DNA of 64,000 nucleotides from Terriglobia bacterium (GTDB lineage Bacteria; Acidobacteriota; Terriglobia; UBA7540): NCBI GenBank assembly GCA_030040315.1, contig JASHTY010000350.1, positions 2,781 to 66,780 of the forward strand, read 5' to 3'. Shown piece by piece: positions 17,062 to 26,997 of this stretch (position 1 is its first letter; each line of letters starts with the position of its first letter). The notes under the pieces were generated by a model. It saw only the letters and a program-made list of their open reading frames with translations, ran no database searches and was not told where the DNA came from. The position numbers and the translations under genes were made by a program.

Positions 17062-18479
17062 TGACGCTCTCTCATCTGAATGGCTATTTCAGGGTCCCCC
17101 AGGCTGTACGACACTGTATCGCCGTCGAGCGTCGCGTAGGCAATGCGGGCGCGTTCCTTTCCGGAGCCCTCGACGCACCACTTGCCGTTTTGTTGCACAA
17201 GCGCCATCTGGCTCCTCTGTCGCCACCAGTTGGCCACGTCGCGCGGAAGAGCAGTCCAAATCCCACCCTCTTTTCGCAGCTTGTGGAGATAATCGAGAAG
17301 GGCCTTGTAGGTCTCCTGTGCGCGCTGATCGGTTATATAATCCGGATGAATGATGAAGCTGATCAAACCGTGGTCCGTGCGAATTCGAGCGATTTGCCTC
17401 ATCCACAATCCGAGGGAAAAATCTTTGAGAATCTGAAAGAGCGTATAGTCTTGGGTGCAGGTCACCGGCAGCTCAATGATTTTTCCAATAAAGAAAGGCA
17501 ACACTGAGCAGCAGCCGCCCCGCTGCGGGTCAAGATGCGCGACGTTGGGGAGCGACATGTCATATAAGAACTCGAACGCTCCAAACCAGTCCGCATTGCG
17601 ATAAAGGATACCCGATCGGAAGCCCTCCGCGCCAAAGTCTCGAACATATTGGTTGATTCGCTTAGCCCGCCGGAGAAATTCCGAGTGATCCGCGTAAAGG
17701 CGTCCATCGTGCTTGAGATCGTGAACGTTCACTTCAAATCCGCGGCGGGTAATACTTTCGAGAAACGTCTTGGGCACGGCATATCGGTTCTCCGGAACTA
17801 CCTGAAAGGCGCTGTAAATGCCCGCCGCCTCGTCAAGATCCATCACCCGGCCGCAATAATCTCTCCCTTCCTTTGACTCTACATCGTGAGTCATGATGGC
17901 GCAGCTTGAAAATCCATCCGGCCAGAACCAGATGAAGGGAGTTTTTTCCAAACCCTGAGCACGAAGCTGCAGAGCGAGTAATTTCTTATGGAGCTGATCT
18001 ACGGTAGCGTCCACAGGCCATGCGGGAAAAGGAATTTTATCCCAATCTCGCAAATAGATTCTCTGGATGTGTCGCCTCAACGAGGTCCCCAAAAGCGGGC
18101 GGATGAAATAATACGTCTTCCGAGTGATGCTGTTGAGAATCCGCCCTTCATCGCGGAAGTGGGCGGCGTAGCGTTCGTGGCGGATATCTTCAACCACCTC
18201 CTGAGGGTAGAAGGGCAGTTCGATTCCCTGCGGTCCTGTCCGAGCGCACTTCAGAGCGTCGTGCAGATCCCCCAGCGGGCTGTCCGAAGCGGTCTCACAA
18301 AAAAGCCGCCCGTAGCATACGAGGTCCGCACCTAACCGAAAATATCCTCGCGCCTTGGGTGATTGGCCAATAATTGAAACTTTGACCTGCGAATTCGGGC
18401 AGCGATAGTACTCCGCCAGCGTCCGGTCTTCGGCATGCGTGCTTTGGTGCTTTTCGGAACTGCGGTCCATTGAAACCAT
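17058..18479 (-). CDS. deacetylase-like protein (divergent polysaccharide deacetylase/CE4-like core) with N-terminal domain of unknown function
   Basis: Core motifs are CAIMTHDVESKEG and NVHDLKHDG. The roughly 190-aa N-terminal region was not recognised. Confidence 0.5.
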   Translation of the reverse strand: MVSMDRSSEKHQSTHAEDRTLAEYYRCPNSQVKVSIIGQSPKARGYFRLGADLVCYGRLFCETASDSPLGDLHDALKCARTGPQGIELPFYPQEVVEDIRHERYAAHFRDEGRILNSITRKTYYFIRPLLGTSLRRHIQRIYLRDWDKIPFPAWPVDATVDQLHKKLLALQLRAQGLEKTPFIWFWPDGFSSCAIMTHDVESKEGRDYCGRVMDLDEAAGIYSAFQVVPENRYAVPKTFLESITRRGFEVNVHDLKHDGRLYADHSEFLRRAKRINQYVRDFGAEGFRSGILYRNADWFGAFEFLYDMSLPNVAHLDPQRGGCCSVLPFFIGKIIELPVTCTQDYTLFQILKDFSLGLWMRQIARIRTDHGLISFIIHPDYITDQRAQETYKALLDYLHKLRKEGGIWTALPRDVANWWRQRSQMALVQQNGKWCVEGSGKERARIAYATLDGDTVSYSLGDPEIAIQMRERQ

Positions 18480-18642
18480 CCAGGTGTTGGTTCAACGCGT
18501 CCAAAGATAATTCGAATACGACCATCCAGCGTCTGAACATATCGGGTCTTGAGCCCGACACATTTTCGCCGGCGGGTCCGGCAAAGTCGGTAGCGGCCGT
18601 GAAAGCACGCCCCGCCTATCCTTGGCGATCGATCCCGGTCAG

Positions 18643-19641
18643 TCAACAGTCAGTTTTTGGCGACGTCTTGGGCATTTCAGCTAGTCGGGAAGACCGTGCG
18701 ATTTCGACTTCAAGCCTTCGTTTGGAATCAGCCGAATGGCGGTAGCTTTCAAGAATCGTCCCAACCAGCCAATACAATTTAGTCTTGGCCTCAAATCGCG
18801 TGGAAGGTTCGATTGCCACCATCCATCGAACCATCCAGGCGGCCAGCCGGCGAAAATAGACAAGCGGAACTCCGCCCAGCTTCCATGCGCCCTCCGAAGG
18901 GACACCAAACGCGCGAACATCGGCTCGTGCCTTGTCAAACCACCATCGCAGGTAAAACTTCCTGGTCACCCGGCGTTCTGGAACCTCATGATAGACGAGG
19001 GCACTGGGCTCATACTTCAGGTGTTCCCCACCCGCAAACAAACGGACGACGAATTCGGTATCCTCACTGCGAATCTCGCTGCCGGGTCGCGGACCCAAAT
19101 CGACTCGGAACCCGCCGTATTTCTCAAACACTTCCCTTCGAAATGCCATATTGGTCCCGAAGGGGGCCACGTGAAGCGGACCGGCAACGGATCCCAAGTC
19201 AAATATAACAAGAGGGACTTTGGCGTAGGTCTTGTCGAGCGCCAGCCACCTGGGAGGTGAAAATGCCCGGTCCGGAAGAATCCGGCCTCCCGCCCCCGCC
19301 CACTCGCCACTGCGCAAGGGCGCCGTCAGGTTTCCCAGCCAATTCGAATCGACCGTTACATCGTCATCCAGGAAAGCCAAAATATCGCCACGCGTCTCGC
19401 GTATTCCGGCATTCAGAGCATGCGATTTTCCCTGCTTGGGCTCAAAAAGATAACGAAAGCGGCCTGGGTAACGCTGGCAAAAATTCTCTACGACCTCACG
19501 CGTTCGATCGCGGGAATTATTGTCAACGACCAGAACCACGTACTCGTCACCTTCCGGAAGCACCAATGCGGCAGCGCTTTCAAGGGCCTTCGCAAGGCTC
19601 TGGCAACGATTATAAGTACAGAGGACGACGTTAATGTTCAT
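18643..19641 (-). CDS. glycosyltransferase family 2
   Basis: MNINVVLCTYNRCQSL...VVDNNSRDRT...LDDD. The ATG at 19641 has a GGAGG 9 nt upstream. The longer ORF start at 19683 has none. Confidence 0.85.
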   Translation of the reverse strand: MNINVVLCTYNRCQSLAKALESAAALVLPEGDEYVVLVVDNNSRDRTREVVENFCQRYPGRFRYLFEPKQGKSHALNAGIRETRGDILAFLDDDVTVDSNWLGNLTAPLRSGEWAGAGGRILPDRAFSPPRWLALDKTYAKVPLVIFDLGSVAGPLHVAPFGTNMAFRREVFEKYGGFRVDLGPRPGSEIRSEDTEFVVRLFAGGEHLKYEPSALVYHEVPERRVTRKFYLRWWFDKARADVRAFGVPSEGAWKLGGVPLVYFRRLAAWMVRWMVAIEPSTRFEAKTKLYWLVGTILESYRHSADSKRRLEVEIARSSRLAEMPKTSPKTDC

Positions 19642-19719
19642 CGCCTTGGGCCTCCGGGCAACCTTAATGCCCGCGTCACTCATACGGCCACTAACCAGCG
19701 GCAGCTTGTACTAAGGAAT

Positions 19720-20805
19720 CTATGAATCTTGAAGAGGATCGATGCCAATCCAAACCCGCCGAACCAATCTTTTCAAAGGACGCGCGAGCAGGAATGGCCG
19801 AATCAGAATCGCGCGGCCGGCGGCAACAAGGCCGCTTAGAAACTTCCTTTGCCTCCAATAAAGCTGGGCAACAGAAAGGTACAATTCAGCAAGTTGAATT
19901 CGCTTAACATGCTTCAAATCAGATTGCAATACATCCACGCCCGTTTCAAGGGCCGCGGAAACCTCACCGGCCAGGGACATGTGCCGGATCCAATTCTCGC
20001 AATGGCAAGCGAGTTCACCTTGCAGCTTTGGCAGGGGTATACCCAATGAAACGAGCGTTTCAGTTGTGATTTCGCGAACCGAGTCCAAAGGATCCGGCTT
20101 CCCGTTCCGCCGGAACGATGCGGATGCCTGAGCGGCGAGTACCCCAAGAATCTGTTTCTGCCGCTCACGCAATGACACCTGCTGGGGATGGAATCGATAT
20201 CGCAGAACCACCTGCTGGAGGTTGGCAATCTCGAAATGTTCCGCAATTCTCAGCCAAAGGTCATAGTCCTCCGCCGGGGCGAATGCTCCACGATATCCCC
20301 CCACAAGAGCGAACGCGTTCCTGCGAATCAGCGCGGTAGGTTGCCACACAACAGAATGGGTCAGGAGTTCCGATTGGATCTCCCGATCCTCGGCAGGGTG
20401 GTGAGCAATCCTTAGCGACTCGTCATGGGCATTAATCCACTCTACTCCCCCGCCCACCACGCCCGTTTGAGGATGTTTTTCCATAAAATCAACTTCCCAC
20501 AAAAGTCGATTTGGAAGAGATACGTCGTCGGCATCCATTATCGCAATGTACCGGCCCTTTGCAAAAAGATACCCCGCGTTGCGCGCTTCGCCCAAACCGC
20601 ACGTGGGTATGGTATGAAGCTTCACACGATCGTCCTTGGACGCATATCTTGAGATAATCGACTTTGAGTTATCAGTGGAGCCGAAGTCGACAATCACAAA
20701 TTCAAAGTCGTGGAAAGTCTGATAGAGTATACTCTCGATGGACTCAGCAAGGAAGCGCTCAACATTGCAGGTCACCATGACGACCGAAACAAGTACGTTG
20801 CTCAT
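19720..20805 (-). CDS. glycosyltransferase family 2
   Basis: MSNVLVSVVMVTCNVERFLAESIESILYQTFHDFEFVIVDFGSTDNS and the IMDADD motif. A GTG at 20892 is a possible alternative start. Confidence 0.85.
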   Translation of the reverse strand: MSNVLVSVVMVTCNVERFLAESIESILYQTFHDFEFVIVDFGSTDNSKSIISRYASKDDRVKLHTIPTCGLGEARNAGYLFAKGRYIAIMDADDVSLPNRLLWEVDFMEKHPQTGVVGGGVEWINAHDESLRIAHHPAEDREIQSELLTHSVVWQPTALIRRNAFALVGGYRGAFAPAEDYDLWLRIAEHFEIANLQQVVLRYRFHPQQVSLRERQKQILGVLAAQASASFRRNGKPDPLDSVREITTETLVSLGIPLPKLQGELACHCENWIRHMSLAGEVSAALETGVDVLQSDLKHVKRIQLAELYLSVAQLYWRQRKFLSGLVAAGRAILIRPFLLARPLKRLVRRVWIGIDPLQDS

Positions 20806-21187
20806 ATTATGATTATCGGCGCGGATTGAAAGTTCTCCAGCTCTTCTCCCGCTTGACTGCCCAAACGGATTGTCCGGATCGAAGGTCAGCACCTAACACA
20901 AGGGTTCAAGAGGGAAGACTGCGAAGGCGTCTTTCTCGTGTGGCGATGGAGCGTGAATTGGCTTGTGCGCGTACGGATCACTCAACCGAACGAACGTTCC
21001 AGAAAACACTGTTAAAGGCCCGATAATCTCTGCTTGGACGACCTGTGGTTGGATGATTCCAAGCGCAAGAGGTTTCCCGCGACACAGCGAGCCGGAAAAA
21101 TGGACCATAAGATAAGGCTGCGCGTGTCGACCCCCGGTCCTCCCCCCCGTTGTTTGTCACTTGTGGCTCCCCGCTGCTCATTGCATC

Positions 21188-23047
21188 CTAATCCAGCTTG
21201 AATTGACTCTGCCAGTCCTCCGTGTCGTTTAACTTCGGTTGATCCCTCTTGTCGAGGCAGTAATTTCCGATCACCAGGTAGTCCATTTCGGTCCGCATGA
21301 AACATCGGTAAGCGTCATCAGGCGTGCAAACGATCGGTTCCCCGCGCACGTTAAAACTGGTGTTCACCACCACGCCATACCCGGTAAGCTTCTTGAATTC
21401 GGAAATGAGCTCCCAGTATCGGGGATTGGTCTCGCGGTTTACGGTCTGTATGCGAGCGGAATAGTCGATATGAGTAACTGCTGGGACGTCAGACCGGGAA
21501 AAGTAGAGCCGGTCATAGAGGGGCCACTCGTGGTATTTCTCAGGGAGTGGAACTTGCCGCTTCCTCTGGACGGGTGTTACCAACAACATGTATGGGGATC
21601 TGCGGTCCATTTCAAAATATTCCTGAACGTCTTCTTCCAGTACCGCGGGCCCGAAGGGTCTGAACCCCTCCCGACATTTGATCTTAAGGTTTAACTTTTT
21701 TTGCATTTCGGGATTTCTTGCATCGCCCAGGATGCTTCGGGCCCCCAGGGCGCGCGGCCCAAACTCCATTCGGCCCTGGAACCAACCGACCACGTTGCCC
21801 TCTGCGAGTCTTGCGGCAGTGTATTTCGTCAACTCATGGAAGTTGTCGTAGTAGTGGGATCTCGCGCCGTGCTTTTGCAACATCCGCTCAGTTTCCCGGT
21901 TGGAATACTCCGGCCCGAGATAAGAACCCTCCATTCCGTCCACTTGAGTATTCAGGTGCCGCTCATTTCCCTCGCGAATATGCCAAACCGCGTAGGCCGC
22001 CCCTAAGGCCCCACCTGCATCACCTGCCGCGGGCTGTATCCACAAATCCTCGAATATCCCTGCTTTCAGAACCTTTCCGTTGGCGACGCAATTCAGTGCG
22101 ACGCCCCCCGCCAACACCAGATATTTACTCCCGGTCAGATCCTTCGCAGTCCGCACAAGCCGCAGTACAATATCTTCAGTAACCTGCTGAATGGCCAGCG
22201 CCATATTCATATAGATCTGCGAGATTTCAGACTCGGGCTTTCGTCGGGGAACGCCGAACAATCTCTCCCACTTGTCCTCCCTTACCATTTTGAATCCAGT
22301 GGCGTACCCGAAATACTCCATGTTCAGGATCATCGATCCGTCATCTCGAACGTCGACCAACTCTTCAAGAATCTTCCTTTTGATGTCGGCAGTCTGTCGC
22401 GAGTCCGGGTTCCCATAAGGTGCGAGGCCCATTAGCTTGTGCTCGCCGCTGTTGACCACGAAGCCCGTGTAGTAAGTAAATGCGGAATAAAGCAGCCCGA
22501 CCGAATGCGGAAAATGCAATTCCCTCAAAATTTCAATATCCTTCCCCCGGCCGTGACCGATTGTCGTTGTCGCCCACTCTCCCACACCGTCAATGGTGAC
22601 GATCGCCGACTCAGAAAATGGAGACGGGTAGAAGGCGCTGGCGGCATGGGACAAGTGGTGCTCGGGGTAGAAAATCGGAACTTTGTCCTCTCCCAATTTC
22701 GACAAGCTCTTGGATAGCATCCTCTCCATGAGCAATTTCCCCTTGATCCAGACCGGAATAGCCGAAAGAAAACTCACCATCCCGGCAGGAGCGAAGGCAT
22801 GATAGGTTTCCAGCAAACGCTCGAATTTTAGAAACGGCTTGTCGTAGAACGATACGGCCGACAGGTCGTGGTATTTCAAGCCGGCTTCCGCCAGAACGTA
22901 CCGGCACGAATGGAGGGGAAAAGAGGAATCGTACTTCTCTCGCGTGAACCTTTCCTCCTGAGCGGCTGCTACGATTCTTCCGTCCACCAGAAGCGCGGCA
23001 GCACTGTCATGGTAGTAGGCCGAAATGCCAAGAATTGCGTGATTCAT
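21188..23047 (-). CDS. carbamoyltransferase (NodU/CmcH family)
   Basis: The N-terminus ILGISAYYHDSAAALLVDGRIVAAAQEERFTREKYD and the 619-aa length are typical of O-carbamoyltransferases. Confidence 0.93.
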   Translation of the reverse strand: MNHAILGISAYYHDSAAALLVDGRIVAAAQEERFTREKYDSSFPLHSCRYVLAEAGLKYHDLSAVSFYDKPFLKFERLLETYHAFAPAGMVSFLSAIPVWIKGKLLMERMLSKSLSKLGEDKVPIFYPEHHLSHAASAFYPSPFSESAIVTIDGVGEWATTTIGHGRGKDIEILRELHFPHSVGLLYSAFTYYTGFVVNSGEHKLMGLAPYGNPDSRQTADIKRKILEELVDVRDDGSMILNMEYFGYATGFKMVREDKWERLFGVPRRKPESEISQIYMNMALAIQQVTEDIVLRLVRTAKDLTGSKYLVLAGGVALNCVANGKVLKAGIFEDLWIQPAAGDAGGALGAAYAVWHIREGNERHLNTQVDGMEGSYLGPEYSNRETERMLQKHGARSHYYDNFHELTKYTAARLAEGNVVGWFQGRMEFGPRALGARSILGDARNPEMQKKLNLKIKCREGFRPFGPAVLEEDVQEYFEMDRRSPYMLLVTPVQRKRQVPLPEKYHEWPLYDRLYFSRSDVPAVTHIDYSARIQTVNRETNPRYWELISEFKKLTGYGVVVNTSFNVRGEPIVCTPDDAYRCFMRTEMDYLVIGNYCLDKRDQPKLNDTEDWQSQFKLD

Positions 23048-23232
23048 AGGCGGCGACCACGCACGATGTGCCGCAAGACCTCCCTCGCGGGTCGAAAATC
23101 TTACGGCGCAATAGGATGCGGGTCGTCGCGGCCGCTTCAGCCCACGCCGGAGTTAAATGTCAACCGCGGAAAGCCTCGGGGCATGGACCGAGAATTTATG
23201 GTTCACAATGCTTGGTGATTGCGGACTTCTCG

Positions 23233-23382
23233 CTAAAAAATCGTGTAAATGAAGGGCCCGAACGCCGTCGTTCCCACCAGAGAAATTAGAACGCCGAAAA
23301 ACAACAGAATGATAATAAGTGGTAGCAGCCAGAATTTCTTCCGGCGCCTCAGAAAACCCCAAAGGTTCTTCCAGAATCCCAC
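23233..23382 (-). CDS. DUF5989 family small membrane protein (absent from the supplied ORF track, below its apparent size floor)
   Basis: Hand translation from the GTG at 23382 gives VGFWKNLWGFLRRRKKFWLLPLIIILLFFGVLISLVGTTAFGPFIYTIF*. The basic stretch, FWLLP, one TM helix and the PFIYT(I/L)F ending match my recollection of DUF5989. It starts 14 nt after the SxtJ-like stop. Confidence 0.75.
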   Translation of the reverse strand: MGFWKNLWGFLRRRKKFWLLPLIIILLFFGVLISLVGTTAFGPFIYTIF

Positions 23383-23396
23383 GGCTACATTCCTGC

Positions 23397-23783
23397 TCAG
23401 TACGGGGCTTCGAGATCCGCACCTATAAACGTATGGTTCCTCACAATCATCACCGAATCCTTGCTCGACTTGAATGCTCGCAGCTTCAAAGTGTCCTTCC
23501 CCAGGAGCCGACGCAGAATCGCCATGGGAGTCACAACCGTCAAAAAAACAATCGACAAAAGCACTTTCGCGCTGATCGCCCCCAGCAGTCTAGAGAATCC
23601 AAACCACAGAACGGCGATGGGTGCGAACAGCCGCGGCCAGATCATATTTAAGACCTGCACAATCACTGCCCCCAGCAAAAGGCCTTTCCACCTGAGAGCG
23701 AAATCCAGGATGAGAAGCAATAGGACCAGCGCCATCCCGGTATCCCGGCTTTGGTCTTTGCTCATCTTGATTGTAGGCTTCAT
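23397..23783 (-). CDS. SxtJ family membrane protein
   Basis: A 128-aa protein with two hydrophobic hairpins and a ...VVTPMAILRRLLGKDTLKLR block. The position next to DUF5989 and a carbamoyltransferase is the usual context. Confidence 0.7.
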   Translation of the reverse strand: MKPTIKMSKDQSRDTGMALVLLLLILDFALRWKGLLLGAVIVQVLNMIWPRLFAPIAVLWFGFSRLLGAISAKVLLSIVFLTVVTPMAILRRLLGKDTLKLRAFKSSKDSVMIVRNHTFIGADLEAPY

Positions 23784-23830
23784 GGCTCTCTGTGGTGGAT
23801 CGATGGCATCAACTCACATGCGAGCAAAAC

Positions 23831-25123
23831 TCACGAAGTGGGGAGATTCGATGCACTCAGGCAGGGCGATTCTTGAGCTCCAACGCCCATTATTTCCCGG
23901 AATTGATTTGCGATGACCTGGGGAGAGAACTGCCTTCGCGCTCGTTCCCGGGCTGCCCTGCCCATCCTTATTCTCACTTCGGGATTCTTGTGGAGGAACG
24001 TCAGGGCGTCCGCGAGCTCCTCGGAGGATTCCTCAGGCACCAGAATGCCGGTCTCGCCGTCCAGCACGGCATCAGGTATGCCGCCGCTTCTGGATGCAAC
24101 TGCCGGGACGCCAAATGCGGCAGCCTCTATGAAGGCTATGCCGAATCCTTCTTTCCATGGAATTGTGGAATCAAAACGGGACGGCATGACATAAACATCA
24201 CCCTGCCGCAGAAGCCGCCATTTTCCCTCGCCTGCGACTGCGCCCTGGAAAAGCACTTTATCCCGCAGTTTGAAATCATCGACGAGAGCCTCCAGGGATT
24301 TTCTTTCGGGACCGTCGCCCCCAATGACATATCGATAGGGTATCCCTCTTTCCGCAAGAATCTTCAAGGCGCGGATCACGATGTCGACGCCTTTGCCCTT
24401 CACCAATCGGCAGATTGTAACCAGATGGAGGCCATCTTGTTTTTCACGTCTAGGCGACAAACTGGCGGACTCCCGAATCGTCTCCTCGGAAATCGGGCAA
24501 TGAATCAGCTTGATCCGGTCGGCAGGAACCTTCCACTGTGCGACCAGGGACTTGGTGTGCTGGGAGTTAGCAGCGATCCAACTGGCACCCTTCAGGAGTA
24601 ATCCGCGAAGAACAAGGTCATTCCTTCCATTATCTGGACGCTGGCAGATCTCAGAATCATGAGCGAGAATGCCATAAGGTTGCCGCCACTTTTGCAAAGT
24701 CAATGCGAGAGGATAGAGCTTCACGTCCAAATGCCCGAAGATGACGAACGTTGGTCTCTCCTCTAATAGAAGGCTGTCCAGTTTCGCAATTGAAGCGGTC
24801 GATGCCGTAAAAAGAGACGTTTTCTCCAGTACATGGCGACAGCGAGGGCTTAGACAGCGAAGGATTTCCAGCAGGCTAACAAACTTTCGGCCCAGCCAGT
24901 TTGTAGGTTTATCGTCGTGCATCAGCTGGAATGGCACTGCCCAAGGTTCATACCGTTCCAGAAACTCTATTCGCTTCCTCTCTTCGGGATGAACAACCCC
25001 CAACACCTTTACGGTGGCGCCGAGTCCGATGAAACCTCGCGCTAGGGCGTCAATGTATTCCGCGATACCTCCGGGCCAGGGTTTGTAATCGGAGGCGATG
25101 AATAGGATGTGAATTCTTTCCAT
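23831..25123 (-). CDS. glycosyltransferase family 4 (GT-B)
   Basis: MERIHILFIASDYKPWPGGIAEY... and an EGFGIAFIEAAAFGVPAVASRSGGIPD (EX7E) region. The ORF could start at 25186. Confidence 0.85.
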   Translation of the reverse strand: MERIHILFIASDYKPWPGGIAEYIDALARGFIGLGATVKVLGVVHPEERKRIEFLERYEPWAVPFQLMHDDKPTNWLGRKFVSLLEILRCLSPRCRHVLEKTSLFTASTASIAKLDSLLLEERPTFVIFGHLDVKLYPLALTLQKWRQPYGILAHDSEICQRPDNGRNDLVLRGLLLKGASWIAANSQHTKSLVAQWKVPADRIKLIHCPISEETIRESASLSPRREKQDGLHLVTICRLVKGKGVDIVIRALKILAERGIPYRYVIGGDGPERKSLEALVDDFKLRDKVLFQGAVAGEGKWRLLRQGDVYVMPSRFDSTIPWKEGFGIAFIEAAAFGVPAVASRSGGIPDAVLDGETGILVPEESSEELADALTFLHKNPEVRIRMGRAARERARRQFSPQVIANQFREIMGVGAQESPCLSASNLPTS

Positions 25124-25333
25124 TAGGGTCTTACGGCGTACGAGTCGTTTCTGATAGGCGAAGGTATTTTGAATCCAGGTAGGCATAAACGTCCGTCACG
25201 CATGTGATAATTCTCCATGACAGCGGGAGATTCTTTCACGGACTAACCACATCTTCGCAGGTTGGAGGGTGAGGTGAAGGCATTTCTGGATGCGTCGATT
25301 ACGGAACACAATCGCTCAACATTCAACACCCAG

Positions 25334-26857
25334 TCATTTCCCGCCTTGCATCATATAAACGCTGATATCCTGTCCAATCCTGGCAGGAAGACGCCCGCCT
25401 TTCTGTGCATATCGCTCGTATTCCGGAACTCGCTGATTTGTAAATTCGCGACCCAAATTACCCCGGTCTTGAAAGACCACCTCATCACATAAGCTGATAT
25501 CGTGGAAATCCTCCTCGATGGGCACTCCGGACATTGCTCGATATGCGAGGGTATCCGCGACAAGTGATCGTTCTGATGGTGATACCTGGATGGCAAGATC
25601 CATCAGATTCTTGTTCAGTGTTGGGCTGTCGGTCGCCAATAGAATTCGTTTTGCATTGCTTCCGGCAGCTTGAGCCAGAACCGCATCGCACCGACTTATG
25701 CTTCGCCGGTCGGAGCGAGAACCCGTCGGTACACCAGCGATAAGAAGACAAAAGAAAACGAGGCCCGCCGTTAGCCCGGCAGATCGACGGGGAAGCGACT
25801 GTTCCTTGTCCGAAATTAGCAAGGCAGACAAAAATGGTACCGCAATTATCGCCGGAAATGAATACCGGATCAGCCTGCTTGGAGACGCAAGCACGACAAT
25901 CCCGAAAGCGATCATAATCAATAGGGCCAAGAGTCTTGGGCGCACCACGATTGTTTGCCCTGAATTCAAATGGAGCATTAGTGCGAATGCCAGAAATGCA
26001 ATAGATAGAATCAAGCCGGGAGAATTTCGAATAACACTGCCGAAAAACTGTAACAACGGGAGGTAGTACAAGTTTGCCCATTGCCCATTGGATGCTGAAT
26101 GGGCCTGTTCGAATGCTTGCTTTCCCCATCGAGCGAAAAAGAAGGCCGAAGGTGCTAAACAGCACATGAATGCGAGCAGTGCTGCAAGGGCTTGCTGCAG
26201 TCCGGCACGACGGATTCTTATGACAAAAACCAGTGGCAGAACTGAAAGAATGAAGAAAACGAAGCTCAGTTTGGTCATTGCTCCCAGCGAAAGTATCGCC
26301 CCCCACAAGATCCCTCGCCGGATAGACCCGCTGATTGATGGGCTAGGGGTGCTCCCCTCATAAGGAACTAGGAGCACCGCCGCCAGACACGTCCAGGCGA
26401 GTAGGCTGTCCGCCATGAAACCGGCTGAGATATCATGGCTATTCCCTCCCCGCTGGAAAGGCCCGAGCGACGCGAACACGCATGCGCTAGCCGCCAAAAG
26501 AAAAACCGGCTTCACACCGATGCGCAGCACCAAATATAAACACAAGGCCGCCAGCAGCGATATCACCGCCGCCAGTGTAATAAAGCATTTGCCCGCAGCA
26601 GCCCATGATTGAATTGGCCCCCAGGGGATGCCCATTAGCGTCATGGCAGGTGGGTGGATGCCCACCATCGCAGCGCCAAGACCATGCACGCTCCTGGACC
26701 AAAAGGCCCGGCTGACGGCAATAGACCTTAGCAGGTACTCCGAATCGTCCCACGCGAACAGATACGGCTGATAGCTAATAAAGGTGGGGCCCACGCACAA
26801 TGCGAAAACTACAGCCGTCAACAGCCACTTCAGCCTGCGAGAATTAACGACGATCAC
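25334..26857 (-). CDS. polytopic membrane protein, GT-C-like (ArnT/PMT-type) candidate
   Basis: About 11 predicted hydrophobic segments followed by a soluble tail of about 120 aa. An acidic motif FAWDDSEY sits right after TM1, where GT-C enzymes carry their catalytic Asp/Glu. Confidence 0.45.
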   Translation of the reverse strand: MIVVNSRRLKWLLTAVVFALCVGPTFISYQPYLFAWDDSEYLLRSIAVSRAFWSRSVHGLGAAMVGIHPPAMTLMGIPWGPIQSWAAAGKCFITLAAVISLLAALCLYLVLRIGVKPVFLLAASACVFASLGPFQRGGNSHDISAGFMADSLLAWTCLAAVLLVPYEGSTPSPSISGSIRRGILWGAILSLGAMTKLSFVFFILSVLPLVFVIRIRRAGLQQALAALLAFMCCLAPSAFFFARWGKQAFEQAHSASNGQWANLYYLPLLQFFGSVIRNSPGLILSIAFLAFALMLHLNSGQTIVVRPRLLALLIMIAFGIVVLASPSRLIRYSFPAIIAVPFLSALLISDKEQSLPRRSAGLTAGLVFFCLLIAGVPTGSRSDRRSISRCDAVLAQAAGSNAKRILLATDSPTLNKNLMDLAIQVSPSERSLVADTLAYRAMSGVPIEEDFHDISLCDEVVFQDRGNLGREFTNQRVPEYERYAQKGGRLPARIGQDISVYMMQGGK

Positions 26858-26997
26858 TGCTCAAACCACCATTCAATCTTGCTGACTCAGGACCTTTTGC
26901 CAATTCTGCAATAGGACATCGCCATTGCTCTCCGGCCGATTCCAGTCATCAGCAAGGCAGAACAAACTCCCCGCACGATTACCGGGCCGGGCAACGA

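Noticed and set aside
23153-23422. 89-codon minus-strand track ORF between SxtJ and the carbamoyltransferase
   Set aside because: A different frame of the same strand encodes a much better candidate, the 49-aa DUF5989-like protein at 23233-23382. The 89-aa product has no TM segment or motif and would overlap the SxtJ stop.
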